The position numbers and the translations under genes were made by a program. A stretch of 64,000 bases of DNA from Escherichia phage PBECO4. Location of the stretch: sequence record KC295538. The stretch is one strand, 5' to 3'. The notes under the pieces were generated by a model, which saw only the letters and a program-made list of their open reading frames with translations, was not told the origin of the DNA and made no database searches. The first letter of the stretch is position 1. Each line of letters opens with the position of its first letter. This document shows, one piece after another, positions 1 through 8,834 of this stretch.

Positions 1-165
1 CCACATATCGTTGTTGGTGTTGCGTCCCTAATAGTACACCCAACTTAGCTTCACACTCTAATAACAATCTGGTTTTGTATGGTAGACTTTGGAATCCTAT
101 AGTAGCATCTAATTTGGTAATTGCATAGTTGATTCGGATGAATCTTTCTTGCAATGTGATGTTGA

Positions 166-429
166 TCATTTCTTAGTACACCTCAGTGGTTGGGTCATTT
201 GATGAAAGTACAGCTTACCTCTGATTTCCAGTAGCAACTCCGCGATTAAGCGATTTACTTCTGTATCTTGATAGTTTGTTCCTAAGAATACACCCATCTT
301 TAACTCACGCATCATAATCATTTTCTTACTGTGTTGAATTTCTGGGTTGTGATAGATTGTATTACGTTTGTGCGTAATTTTTGTCATACGCTCGGTATAT
401 TCATCTTTACTTAAATTGATCATTTGCAT
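166..429 (-). CDS. small protein, family A (LGTNYQ-motif tandem paralog)
   Basis: Track ORF 166..456 trimmed to ATG at 429 (MQMINLSK..); N-term ..EY..R and C-term LGTNYQ motif shared with 16 neighbouring ORFs. Confidence 0.6.
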   Translation of the reverse strand: MQMINLSKDEYTERMTKITHKRNTIYHNPEIQHSKKMIMMRELKMGVFLGTNYQDTEVNRLIAELLLEIRGKLYFHQMTQPLRCTKK

Positions 430-458
430 GTTAATTACCCTTACATTTATTTTCAATA

Positions 459-698
459 CTATTCTTTAGTTTGTAGATATAGTTTTCTTCCAATGTATCT
501 CTTAAGTGCGATTATGTATTCATCTACATAATACTCCTGATAGTTTGTTCCTATGAATGCACCCACCTTTAACTCAAGTTTCATAATCATCTTATTTCCG
601 TGTTTAATGACTTCTCCGTGATGGATTTCATTAAGTCCAGGTGCAATTTTTACCAGGCGTTCTTTATATTTTGCTTGAGATAATTTAATCATTTTCAT
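459..698 (-). CDS. small protein, family A paralog
   Basis: Track ORF 459..725 starts on TTG; trimmed to ATG 698 (MKMIKLSQ..); FIGTNYQ motif. Confidence 0.6.
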   Translation of the reverse strand: MKMIKLSQAKYKERLVKIAPGLNEIHHGEVIKHGNKMIMKLELKVGAFIGTNYQEYYVDEYIIALKRYIGRKLYLQTKE

Positions 699-699
699 G

Positions 700-930
700 T
701 TAATTACCCTTACATTTATTTTCAATACTATTCATGAGTTCTATAAGATAGTTTTCTACCTTACCTTCCTGATAGTTAGTCCCTAGGAAGTTGCACAACA
801 CGGCTTCTATGATTTTGATTTTCCTGATATCAGGCTTCAATCTTTTGTTATTGAATATTTGAATCCTTATATCTCTGGATGCATTTAAACGTTTTTGATA
901 TTCATGGTAAGTTAAATTAATCATTTTCAT
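700..930 (-). CDS. small protein, family A paralog
   Basis: MKMINLTYHEY.. and FLGTNYQ motif; stop abuts next start. Confidence 0.6.
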   Translation of the reverse strand: MKMINLTYHEYQKRLNASRDIRIQIFNNKRLKPDIRKIKIIEAVLCNFLGTNYQEGKVENYLIELMNSIENKCKGN

Positions 931-1145
931 TTACGTTTAACCTCTCGCTGGAGGGCATCAATTAACATCAGTACAGCATTCTCTTGATAGTTTGTTCCTA
1001 AGACTGAAAGCATCTTTATCTCATTTACTAAAATCAACTTCTTTGAGGGTTCAATAATGTGACTATCATAAACGGCCTTACGTGCTGGATAAGTTTTCGC
1101 CAGTATAACATAAAATTCGTCTTTACTTAAATTAATCATTTGCAT
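927..1145 (-). CDS. small protein, family A paralog
   Basis: MQMINLSKDEF.. and VLGTNYQ motif; 4-nt overlap with neighbour. Confidence 0.6.
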   Translation of the reverse strand: MQMINLSKDEFYVILAKTYPARKAVYDSHIIEPSKKLILVNEIKMLSVLGTNYQENAVLMLIDALQREVKRK

Positions 1146-1354
1146 TTACTTTTAACCTCTTTCTGTAGAGCGTCAATCCATAGATCTACATACATTTGTT
1201 GATAGTTTGTGCCTAAGAGTGCACCTACATAGAGTTCAGTTACTAGTGCGTGCTTAAGGTTAGCTTGGATGCTCTTATCGCTTGATAAGATTTTCCTTCT
1301 GCTGGTGCATGTTTTCAGGAGTCTGATGTATTCAAAGCCTTGTAATTTTCTCAT
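1136..1354 (-). CDS. small protein, family A paralog
   Basis: LLGTNYQ motif; overlaps neighbours. Confidence 0.6.
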   Translation of the reverse strand: MRKLQGFEYIRLLKTCTSRRKILSSDKSIQANLKHALVTELYVGALLGTNYQQMYVDLWIDALQKEVKSKCK

Positions 1355-1566
1355 TCTTTTGATATCACCTTGTTACGTAAGGCACTTAACAATACGTCAG
1401 TGTAGATGTTTTGATAGTTTGTCCCTACGAAAGCACCCAACTTCATTTCAGCTATTATAACACATTTGTCCTCTTGTGCAATAGATTTGTTTAACACAAT
1501 ACTATACACTTTTGATTTGATAGTTTGTAACCTCCAATGATACTGATACTCATTAAGGATTATCAT
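1351..1566 (-). CDS. small protein, family A paralog
   Basis: FVGTNYQ motif; ATGA-type overlap. Confidence 0.6.
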   Translation of the reverse strand: MIILNEYQYHWRLQTIKSKVYSIVLNKSIAQEDKCVIIAEMKLGAFVGTNYQNIYTDVLLSALRNKVISKE

Positions 1567-1801
1567 TCTCTTTCCTCCAGATTTCGGTTCTCATGTGTTG
1601 GCAGTGTGCTTCGATGAACATATCTATTGATTTGGCAATTGCGTTTTTATCAGTGCCTGTCATCAGTACAAGCATCTCTGCCTCACTATGAATTAAACGC
1701 ATGATATCATAGGGTAATATTTCAGATACAGTGTCATAGTGTTTCTGTGCCAGTGTCTGCAATAGTTTACAATACATTTTGTGATTTAGTCTTTGTCGCA
1801 T
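1553..1801 (-). CDS. small protein, divergent family A member
   Basis: Same size and position in array; motif degraded to LMTGTDKN. Confidence 0.45.
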   Translation of the reverse strand: MRQRLNHKMYCKLLQTLAQKHYDTVSEILPYDIMRLIHSEAEMLVLMTGTDKNAIAKSIDMFIEAHCQHMRTEIWRKENDNP

Positions 1802-2058
1802 TGTTTATTCCATTCTTTTTTGGCTCTATGGGTTTTATATTGGATTTGGTTTCTCAATGCTGCCAGGTATCGTAGAATGAACAGTTCTTGATAGTTTGTT
1901 CCAATGAATTTCATAAGATAAACATCACCGTTGATAACATCCAATTCAGGTGCACCATGTAATGTATAGTTTTTTCTAAGGGTGTTAAGAATAGAGAAGA
2001 GGGCGGTTTGATACTCAGAGCTTGATAAAGTTTTCATATTTTTCCACAATTCGTTCAT
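1786..2058 (-). CDS. small protein, family A paralog
   Basis: FIGTNYQ motif; start may be internal ATG at 2037. Confidence 0.55.
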   Translation of the reverse strand: MNELWKNMKTLSSSEYQTALFSILNTLRKNYTLHGAPELDVINGDVYLMKFIGTNYQELFILRYLAALRNQIQYKTHRAKKEWNKQCDKD

Positions 2059-2272
2059 TTAGTTTTATCTGTATAAGATCCATTAGTTGTTCAAGATAAT
2101 CGGTACAATATTTCTCTTGATATTGGGTTCCCACAAAGTACAGCAACCATAGCTCATGAACTTTAACTTTCATCTCGTTCCATGAAAGTGCATCGTCATC
2201 GTAGATTACTCTTGCTTCTGGGGTGAGCTTTCGAATTCTAAGTGAATATTCATCGTTCGTCAAGTGTTTCAT
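2015..2272 (-). CDS. small protein, family A paralog
   Basis: MKHLTNDEY.. and FVGTQYQ motif. Confidence 0.6.
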   Translation of the reverse strand: MKHLTNDEYSLRIRKLTPEARVIYDDDALSWNEMKVKVHELWLLYFVGTQYQEKYCTDYLEQLMDLIQIKLNERIVEKYENFIKL

Positions 2273-2426
2273 TTACATTTATCCCTTATTAGATTTGTGA
2301 GTGCAACTATGTGTTCATGGATATAAAAATTCTGATGAGAAGTTCCAAGAAAGTACAACATCCCTCCCTCACTCTGCTCGACTTCTAGTTTAGTATCGAG
2401 TTGGTCAGATATGTTAATGAAAACCA
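2268..2426 (-). CDS. short family A paralog (52 aa, below track cutoff)
   Basis: Own translation of minus strand: MVFINISDQ...MLYFLGTSHQNFY..; fills the only gap in the array. Confidence 0.4.
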
Positions 2427-2651
2427 TTAGTTCTTTTCCTTTCTTTCTATTTGTTTCATAAGAACATTGATATACTCACCCGCAAACCTATTCTGATACT
2501 GCGTCCCCATGAATTCCAACATCCATACTTCAGCAACCTTTTCTTCAATTTCAGTCCATTGTAAGTACATCATAGTGAAGTAAATGGTGTTCTCTTTTTT
2601 TCTGGCACTCTTAGCACGGGCCTCGTATTCAAAGTTATTAATGATGTTCAT
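2427..2651 (-). CDS. small protein, family A paralog
   Basis: Track ORF 2427..2684 trimmed to ATG 2651 (MNIINNFEYEAR..); FMGTQYQ motif. Confidence 0.55.
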   Translation of the reverse strand: MNIINNFEYEARAKSARKKENTIYFTMMYLQWTEIEEKVAEVWMLEFMGTQYQNRFAGEYINVLMKQIERKEKN

Positions 2652-2865
2652 TACATTTGTCCATAATGTAATTCTTGAGTGCAACTATGTGTGCAATAAC
2701 ATACTCTTCCTGGAAGTTCGTCCCCAGTACAGCCATCATGCGTTTATCGGTGGTGTTTATCCTGTGTTCCCTTACACATAAACCTTCTTTGTGAGGAAGT
2801 GTAAAATATTTGTTTATTGCAGCAACGATAATTTTATTCTTCTCGGAGTTACTTAAATGTTTCAT
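2638..2865 (-). CDS. small protein, family A paralog
   Basis: MKHLSNSE.. and VLGTNFQ motif. Confidence 0.6.
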   Translation of the reverse strand: MKHLSNSEKNKIIVAAINKYFTLPHKEGLCVREHRINTTDKRMMAVLGTNFQEEYVIAHIVALKNYIMDKCNEHH

Positions 2866-3074
2866 AGTTTACTCCTGATATAATTCTGAAGTGCAATTAA
2901 GTATTCCCCTACATAATACACCTGAAAGTCTGTATCAAGGAATGCACCCATAAGTAAATCTTTTTCTAATACCCTTGATAAGTTAAGGTCTGCATTTGAA
3001 AGGTATATAAGTAAGATTTCACCCTGTGCGGAATTGAAACGTTTCTTATATTCTTCTGGTGTTAAAAAAATCAT
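2862..3074 (-). CDS. small protein, family A paralog
   Basis: MIFLTPEEYKKR.. and FLDTDFQ motif; 4-nt overlaps. Confidence 0.6.
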   Translation of the reverse strand: MIFLTPEEYKKRFNSAQGEILLIYLSNADLNLSRVLEKDLLMGAFLDTDFQVYYVGEYLIALQNYIRSKL

Positions 3075-3286
3075 AATTTGCTCCTGATATATTTCTCAAG
3101 AGATGACAAATACTTTTCCTCATAATACTTCTGATAGTCTGTTCCTAAGAATGCACCCAATAGTATATCATTTTCCAATACCTCGGCTAAGTTTAAATCA
3201 GAAGTCTCTTCGTATATTATGAGGATTTCAAGTTGTCTGGCAGCGATGCGTTCAGTATATTGATATGAGTTTTCTATAATAATCAT
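3071..3286 (-). CDS. small protein, family A paralog
   Basis: FLGTDYQ motif; close paralog of 2862..3074. Confidence 0.6.
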   Translation of the reverse strand: MIIIENSYQYTERIAARQLEILIIYEETSDLNLAEVLENDILLGAFLGTDYQKYYEEKYLSSLEKYIRSKL

Positions 3287-3492
3287 AATTTACTCTTTAT
3301 ATCTTGAATTAAAAATCGAATCCATTCTTCAACATAATCTTCCTGATGGTTTGTGTTCAGTACAGCCAACATGCGGATCTCTGCTCTTGCAACTTCAATT
3401 TCAGTTTTAGGAAGGTCTTTGCTGATATCCACCATTAAGTCCATGTATTTCAAGATAAGACCGTATGATTGGGTTCGTGTTATAGTTTTCAT
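3283..3492 (-). CDS. small protein, family A paralog
   Basis: VLNTNHQ motif; overlaps neighbours. Confidence 0.55.
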   Translation of the reverse strand: MKTITRTQSYGLILKYMDLMVDISKDLPKTEIEVARAEIRMLAVLNTNHQEDYVEEWIRFLIQDIKSKL

Positions 3493-3689
3493 TGTTTCCT
3501 CGTGGACAATATTTTATTTTTCAATGTATCCATATATTGAATCACCCATCTTTCCTGATAGTTAGTTCCCAAAGTAATCAAAAGGTATAACTCCATTCGT
3601 TCTACGTGTGTGTCTGTATTATAAATCTTTGTGAAGTTTTTACGTAACAGTGATTGATATTCTTCTTTATTTAAAATACGCATTTTCAT
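3489..3689 (-). CDS. small protein, family A paralog
   Basis: MKMRILNKEEY.. and TLGTNYQ motif. Confidence 0.6.
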   Translation of the reverse strand: MKMRILNKEEYQSLLRKNFTKIYNTDTHVERMELYLLITLGTNYQERWVIQYMDTLKNKILSTRKQ

Positions 3690-3883
3690 AGTTTACTCGT
3701 TATATCTTCAATTAAATACCAAATCCAATCGTTGACATACCTTTCCTGAAAGTTAGTTCCAATGAATAGTGCCATAATTAATTCACGCTTATAGGCAATA
3801 CCACGGTCATGGGACTTATACATTATCATAGCCATGTTATTGATAAGTCTTTCGTGGTGCTGTTCTTTAGTTAAAATACGCAT
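3686..3883 (-). CDS. small protein, family A paralog (first gene of array)
   Basis: MRILTKEQHHER.. and FIGTNFQ motif. Confidence 0.6.
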   Translation of the reverse strand: MRILTKEQHHERLINNMAMIMYKSHDRGIAYKRELIMALFIGTNFQERYVNDWIWYLIEDITSKL

Positions 3884-3969
3884 AGGATAAAATCCATAGG
3901 TTCATATGTGAAAAAACATCATACCCCATGTGAGGCATGATGTCAAGATGTTTTGTTCATATAAATGCA

Positions 3970-4335
3970 TTATACTTCAAATGAAATATTCCCAGTAGCA
4001 CGTGAGTCTTTACAATTCTCAATAGTAGTACATCCCAATTTTTGTATTTCACGTACCAATTCAATAGGAAGTTTAAAATCCCATTTCTTCGCTTCTTTTG
4101 CGAACGCTTTCTCGGACAGTACAACTAAGTTTTTTATACGAATCAATGAATAGATATCTGCATATTGATTTTCATCAATAGAAAATACCATTTCGTTATT
4201 GTTGCTAACAACTGATACAAGGGTGTCAGGTGCTTCAGTGATATCAGCAATGAATGATTTTATAGTAGATGTAGGTTTAAAAAACAACCATTCTACATTA
4301 AAGGAAGTACCACATTTATTAGATGATGGATTCAT
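3970..4335 (-). CDS. hypothetical protein (121 aa)
   Basis: Track ORF; sits upstream of array A, downstream of AT-rich promoter region. Confidence 0.55.
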   Translation of the reverse strand: MNPSSNKCGTSFNVEWLFFKPTSTIKSFIADITEAPDTLVSVVSNNNEMVFSIDENQYADIYSLIRIKNLVVLSEKAFAKEAKKWDFKLPIELVREIQKLGCTTIENCKDSRATGNISFEV

Positions 4336-4618
4336 AGTTCGGTGACCTCTAAAGTTGAGTTAATGTAACTAACATATAAAATATGAATGAAATATAATAT
4401 AGACTATATATTATCAGAATTATATAAAAAGTCAAGCCCCTATCACTCCTTTTTTCGAAGTCGCTAAGGTTACCCGCCCTTTAGCCCCCTACGCATTTTG
4501 CCATAGTCCAATCCCTTTTATTTCAAAAAAGTCAAGGGATTACCTATGCATTTTTTTAACGCATAATTTTAAAAACGCCTTGACTTTTTTCTGAATCAGT
4601 ACTAGATCCCTTTACGCA
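4336..4618. promoter_or_regulatory. AT-rich intergenic region with three TTGACT boxes, two in inverted orientation; probable promoter region for leftward operon
   Basis: aaaaagtcaag at ~4427 and ~4524, inverted copy ccttgactttttt at ~4587; no ORF. Confidence 0.35.
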
Positions 4619-4828
4619 TTAATCCTTCGTTACGCTAACGATTATCTGTGTATCCCCGTAGTCCTGCCATACTTCCACGCCATCGGTCGCCCTGGTTAGT
4701 CGTGCTGTCATCTGCTTAATGGTCTTAGGCTTTAGTGGAACCTGTTGCAGTACTGTACGCATAGCATCATTGACGTTATCATGTACGCCTGCAATAGTAC
4801 CTAGAACGCTGTATACTGTATAGAACAT
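4619..4828 (-). CDS. hypothetical protein
   Basis: Track ORF. Confidence 0.5.
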   Translation of the reverse strand: MFYTVYSVLGTIAGVHDNVNDAMRTVLQQVPLKPKTIKQMTARLTRATDGVEVWQDYGDTQIIVSVTKD

Positions 4829-4896
4829 ATGTATGTACTCCTGATATAGTTAAGGCCGCTACAAGGCGGCCTATGATGTTTGGTGATGTGTAACGC

Positions 4897-5298
4897 TTAC
4901 AGTCCTAAGATAGTGCGTGCTTCGTTACGTTCCGTACACAGCTGCATGATGTGAGCAAGTAAGTCCTTGCTAATGTATCCGTTGTCCATAGCTTCACGGA
5001 TAGATACATCATAAGCACCGAACCCCGTGCGAACGATACGCACATCATTCAGGTTAGTATTATAGATACCGCCGAGATCAACGGCTTCGAATACTACATC
5101 AACAGAATATTCATTGTTGCCATCGTGGAAGTTTTCCAGTGCAATAGTATTGGATACCGCCCAACGTTTGCAGTTTCCAATGATGCGGCACTGTTCCGGT
5201 TGGATAGTGCCATTACTTACAGCGTACTCCAGTGCATCTTTACCGAAAGTCCGAGCCAGTACTAAAACGTCAGCGAAGGAATTGATTGAGAAGGTCAT
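4897..5298 (-). CDS. hypothetical protein
   Basis: Track ORF 4897..5331 trimmed to ATG 5298 (MTFSINSF..) with AAGGAG 8 nt upstream; promoter+hairpin upstream. Confidence 0.65.
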   Translation of the reverse strand: MTFSINSFADVLVLARTFGKDALEYAVSNGTIQPEQCRIIGNCKRWAVSNTIALENFHDGNNEYSVDVVFEAVDLGGIYNTNLNDVRIVRTGFGAYDVSIREAMDNGYISKDLLAHIMQLCTERNEARTILGL

Positions 5299-5387
5299 GA
5301 TAAAACTCCTTAATTTAGGAGGGAGAACCATTTCCCCCTCTCTATGTAAAACATTATACTTGATTCTAAGTACTATGCAAGTACTTT
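5299..5387 (-). promoter_or_regulatory. sigma70-like promoter (TTGCAT-N16-TATAAT) + 5' UTR hairpin
   Basis: Minus strand reads ttgcatagtacttagaatcaagtataat then hairpin gagggggaaatggttctccctc then SD. Confidence 0.6.
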
Positions 5388-5720
5388 TTACATTTTAATT
5401 CCTGGATTCAGGTAACGGTGAGATCCATATTCTGGATAGGTTTCGTTCCAGTACTGTAAATCGATAGTACCTTTCGCGTTAATCTTGTCTACCAGCTTAT
5501 TCATCTTAGCGTATACTACGTCAGCATCGATGCGTTTAAAGCCAGTAGCTTTAGTGAAGTAGTAGTGATTTGCTTCACTATCATTAAGGATATACCGAGC
5601 ACCGTTTGCAGTCTGTGCGATAATGATTGAGTATTCTACTTCCCGATCCAGACCGTCGATGAATACAGATGAAACATTGGTACGGATGAAAGCTTTAACG
5701 ATAGCGATTGAAGTACTCAT
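5388..5720 (-). CDS. hypothetical protein
   Basis: Track ORF; own promoter upstream. Confidence 0.6.
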   Translation of the reverse strand: MSTSIAIVKAFIRTNVSSVFIDGLDREVEYSIIIAQTANGARYILNDSEANHYYFTKATGFKRIDADVVYAKMNKLVDKINAKGTIDLQYWNETYPEYGSHRYLNPGIKM

Positions 5721-5923
5721 TTTGAATCTCCTAACTTTGTGGGCCGTCGCACCATTGCCGCCCTACGAGATACATTATTGCAGTACTGATATACTTTGTC
5801 AATACTTTTTTATTAATAGTTTTAGTTCCACCAGCAGATAGTTACTCACCGTTATTAACTATATATTTTGGATACACTTATGCACCCTGTGGGCTGATTT
5901 GTTTCTATGCGTATATAATAGCA

Positions 5924-5951
5924 AAGGGACTGACCGGAGTCAATCCCTTTT
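5924..5951. terminator. TTGACT-containing hairpin flanked by A-run and T-run (bidirectional terminator-like, copy 1 of 12)
   Basis: aaagggactgaccggagtcaatcccttttt; same element recurs 11 more times. Confidence 0.5.
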
Positions 5952-5964
5952 TTATTCTTTTTTG

Positions 5965-6165
5965 TTAGATGATTCTCCAATCATCAACGATCATGGTAAG
6001 ATACCGAACCAGTGATTCGAGTGATTCGTGTTCTCGATAGTCTGCCGCACCGCCAGCGGTACAAGTACAGCCGATTAAGCCGTTTTGCAATTCCTTAATC
6101 TGTACATCGATAAGGTTGGCTTTAGCTTCTTTCAGTACTTCAACCAGGGCGAGAGCGATAGACAT
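5965..6165 (-). CDS. hypothetical protein
   Basis: Track ORF; promoter+hairpin at 6166..6255. Confidence 0.6.
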   Translation of the reverse strand: MSIALALVEVLKEAKANLIDVQIKELQNGLIGCTCTAGGAADYREHESLESLVRYLTMIVDDWRII

Positions 6166-6255
6166 AATGTTTTACTCCAAACTATTGGCGGGAGAACTAT
6201 TCCCCCGCTCTATGTAAAACATTATACATTACTGGTTAGTACTGTCAAATAGTTT
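6166..6255 (-). promoter_or_regulatory. sigma70-like promoter + 5' UTR hairpin
   Basis: tgtcaa/attata on + strand (TTGACA/TATAAT on minus), hairpin gcgggagaactattcccccgc. Confidence 0.6.
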
Positions 6256-6513
6256 TTATGAAATATCTTCGATGTAGTCGGCCCATTTCATTTTTTCAGT
6301 ACTGTCAATGGCTACCGGATTATTTGGATCAAACCATTCACCATTACCGCAATACATACCAACGGCTACGGTTTTATAGCCATCCTGGGCCGTACACCAC
6401 GACATTGCACGATAGATATGGCCTTTAACTGGTTGCAGTACTGGTAACGTTTTATGGTCTTCTACGTAGGCCATAGCTTGAGGATTTACCCGATATTGTG
6501 TGAATTGTTCCAT
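6256..6513 (-). CDS. hypothetical protein
   Basis: Track ORF; TTGACA-N17-TGTAAT upstream (6514..6589). Confidence 0.6.
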   Translation of the reverse strand: MEQFTQYRVNPQAMAYVEDHKTLPVLQPVKGHIYRAMSWCTAQDGYKTVAVGMYCGNGEWFDPNNPVAIDSTEKMKWADYIEDIS

Positions 6514-6589
6514 TATGTTTCCCCTTGTAGTTAGTAAAGTTATTACATCAGTACTATCAAGCTATGTCAATAGTACTGAAATAAAACTT

Positions 6590-6814
6590 TTAGATTAGAT
6601 TATTGAGGCCGTCAATGGTAGACTCACTTTCTTCTTTCTCCCATTGTCGGTAGTACTTCCATGCTTCATGATAGGTGGCGATTAGTTCATCTTTTTGATC
6701 CTGGTTACATGCCAGTACTGAATCACGGTGAGCGGTGTTATAGATAGAATCGAATGATTTCTTCTCTTCTGCCAGGTTAGCTACTTCCCGCATCAGTTCA
6801 TCAAAGTTAGCCAT
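6590..6814 (-). CDS. hypothetical protein
   Basis: Track ORF; own promoter+hairpin. Confidence 0.6.
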   Translation of the reverse strand: MANFDELMREVANLAEEKKSFDSIYNTAHRDSVLACNQDQKDELIATYHEAWKYYRQWEKEESESTIDGLNNLI

Positions 6815-6881
6815 TTTATTACTCCTTTTAGTGGGGGAGGATATCTCCCCCTATGCAAAACATTATACTTTGTTTTAGTTA
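6815..6881 (-). promoter_or_regulatory. sigma70-like promoter + 5' UTR hairpin
   Basis: hairpin gggggaggatatctccccc; atgcaaaacattatac motif. Confidence 0.55.
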
Positions 6882-7145
6882 TTATGCAAGTACTTTTTTC
6901 ATATAAACATTAAATTCTACACCGCCGTAACCTTCCACGATGATATGTTTTGCGTTATCACGTTTGCACATAGTGAAACCATCGTTTACGTGTTTTGCAT
7001 TTTCCAGGGCGACATCACCGATAGCGGCACATACAGCACTAATAACGATATTCCGCAAAGTACTGGTATCATTAGCGGTCATAGTAGTTTGCATGATTAC
7101 GTTGTCGTATACGTGTGCATTGATAGTGATTTCGATAGTGTTCAT
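6882..7145 (-). CDS. hypothetical protein
   Basis: Track ORF. Confidence 0.6.
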   Translation of the reverse strand: MNTIEITINAHVYDNVIMQTTMTANDTSTLRNIVISAVCAAIGDVALENAKHVNDGFTMCKRDNAKHIIVEGYGGVEFNVYMKKVLA

Positions 7146-7231
7146 GGTGTATCTCCTGGACTGGCGGGAGAACTATTCCCCCGCTCTATGTAAAACATTA
7201 TACGTTAATCTAACTACAATGCAAGTACTTT
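7146..7231 (-). promoter_or_regulatory. sigma70-like promoter + 5' UTR hairpin
   Basis: hairpin gcgggagaactattcccccgc; atgtaaaacattatac. Confidence 0.55.
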
Positions 7232-7423
7232 TTAAATTTTATTTCCGATATAGTCTGGCCTGTTCTTTTCGGTCATACGCTTAAGCATTTTTTGCATATG
7301 GCTTATTGCTTGTAGTGTATCCTCTTCCAGGGATGAATCGAGATAATCAGGATCATTCTTCACCTTGCAATGATTATGATAGCGTAGTACTGCCAGTACT
7401 TTTTTAACTTCTTCAACTGTCAT
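7232..7423 (-). CDS. hypothetical protein
   Basis: Track ORF; overlaps upstream gene by 4 nt. Confidence 0.55.
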   Translation of the reverse strand: MTVEEVKKVLAVLRYHNHCKVKNDPDYLDSSLEEDTLQAISHMQKMLKRMTEKNRPDYIGNKI

Positions 7424-7692
7424 AATAAGTACTCCACTTCGTTAGCTTTCAGGTTAGTATCAATCATCAATGGTTTTTTGTAGTTCACAAAACGATTAGT
7501 TTTTTCGATAGCGAATCCCATATAATCCAGCTTACTAACAGTACATTCATTCTTAAAAACTTCTTTCGCTGCATCGATGGCTGATTGCATGGATAACCGA
7601 CCATCTAAATTAATGTTTCCAAATGATCCACCAGCAGAAGTAGGATTACCGTTCATATCTTTAATGATCATAGTAGCGGAGTAGCTGGACAT
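7420..7692 (-). CDS. hypothetical protein
   Basis: Track ORF; promoter+hairpin at 7693..7776. Confidence 0.6.
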   Translation of the reverse strand: MSSYSATMIIKDMNGNPTSAGGSFGNINLDGRLSMQSAIDAAKEVFKNECTVSKLDYMGFAIEKTNRFVNYKKPLMIDTNLKANEVEYLL

Positions 7693-7776
7693 AATTTTGT
7701 TTCCTTTTAGTATCGGGGAGAACTATTCTCCCCTTGATGTAAACTATTATACAGTACTAATATACTTTGTCAATAC
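7693..7776 (-). promoter_or_regulatory. consensus sigma70-like promoter + 5' UTR hairpin
   Basis: Minus strand TTGACA (7773..7768), 16-nt spacer ending AGTACTG, TATAAT (7751..7746); hairpin ggggagaa-cta-ttctcccc 7714..7733. Confidence 0.65.
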
Positions 7777-7998
7777 TTAATTACGTTTAAAATGATATGT
7801 GCCTTTATCATCCTGTACGCCCCATACTGATTTACCATCAACACCAGTGAAGCCGGATTGTAATTCAATATGGAAACCATTATTATCAACTACAAAAACT
7901 TTTTTATTTTCATCCCGATAACATTGATATTCTGAATCAACATTAAAGGCCGCATCATTCAGAAGATTGGAAGCGTAAATGCAAGTCATTGTAGTCAT
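7777..7998 (-). CDS. hypothetical protein
   Basis: Track ORF 7777..8073 trimmed to ATG 7998 (MTTMTCIY..) with AAGGA SD; extension is translated promoter/hairpin. Confidence 0.6.
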   Translation of the reverse strand: MTTMTCIYASNLLNDAAFNVDSEYQCYRDENKKVFVVDNNGFHIELQSGFTGVDGKSVWGVQDDKGTYHFKRN

Positions 7999-8179
7999 GA
8001 TTTTATTCCTTATTGCCAGGGAGAACCGTTTCCCCCTCTCGATATAAAACATTATACTTGATTCTAAGTACAATGCAAGTACTTTTTTAAAATAGTTTTC
8101 AGTACTGAATACTTATATAATAGATACACTTCCGCACCCTATGGGTCAGTGAGTTATCTCTCAATGAATATATAATAGC

Positions 8180-8210
8180 AAAGGGACTGACCGGAGTCAA
8201 TCCCTTTTTT
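8180..8210. terminator. TTGACT-containing hairpin element (copy 2)
   Basis: aagggactgaccggagtcaatccctttttt. Confidence 0.5.
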
Positions 8211-8218
8211 AATCTTTT

Positions 8219-8803
8219 TTATCGTGTTATAGTTACGGCTTTTACATCACGCTTTTTATAGTACTGATTCCAGATATTGCGGGTTAAACCGTAATCAAGT
8301 ACTTTAATAAGGCCGTTGCGATCCTGGCCGATATTCTGTTTTCTGATATCTCTTATCGTTAGTGTTGACAGTGTATCATCAACGTGTTGTAGTGCATCAG
8401 CAAAGCGGTGCTGGCGTTCAATAGCATTACGTTTAATATTGTACTTTAATTCGTTGCACGCGTTAACGTGCTTCACACTGCCTTTACTTGCAGTACTCAA
8501 CCGATCCATAACAATAAACATATTATCAGGATCGCTTAAATGCATATGCACTTTAGCGAAGAACTGTTTCAACTGAGGGCGGTCATAGTCTAAAAAATTC
8601 CATACCCTACATTCTGTTTCATTTTGTTCTACACCCGCATCACAATTCGCGACCTTGATCACTAACCGATCATTTAAAGCGAAAACTATACGGGAAGAAC
8701 CCGCACCGATGATCTCCAGACCAGCTAACCGACAAGCTGAAAGGATCTCTTTGTTGGTTTCCATTGCTGACAGGGTACGGATGAATTTAGTATAATTACG
8801 CAT
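8219..8803 (-). CDS. protein kinase-like protein (Hanks-type fold)
   Basis: IGAGSSRIVF glycine loop, VIKV lysine, IRDIRKQNIG catalytic-loop-like, LDYG (DFG-like); start trimmed to ATG 8803 with AAGGAG. Confidence 0.55.
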   Translation of the reverse strand: MRNYTKFIRTLSAMETNKEILSACRLAGLEIIGAGSSRIVFALNDRLVIKVANCDAGVEQNETECRVWNFLDYDRPQLKQFFAKVHMHLSDPDNMFIVMDRLSTASKGSVKHVNACNELKYNIKRNAIERQHRFADALQHVDDTLSTLTIRDIRKQNIGQDRNGLIKVLDYGLTRNIWNQYYKKRDVKAVTITR

Positions 8804-8834
8804 TGCATGTTCTCCTTGAGTTAATGAAACTATC

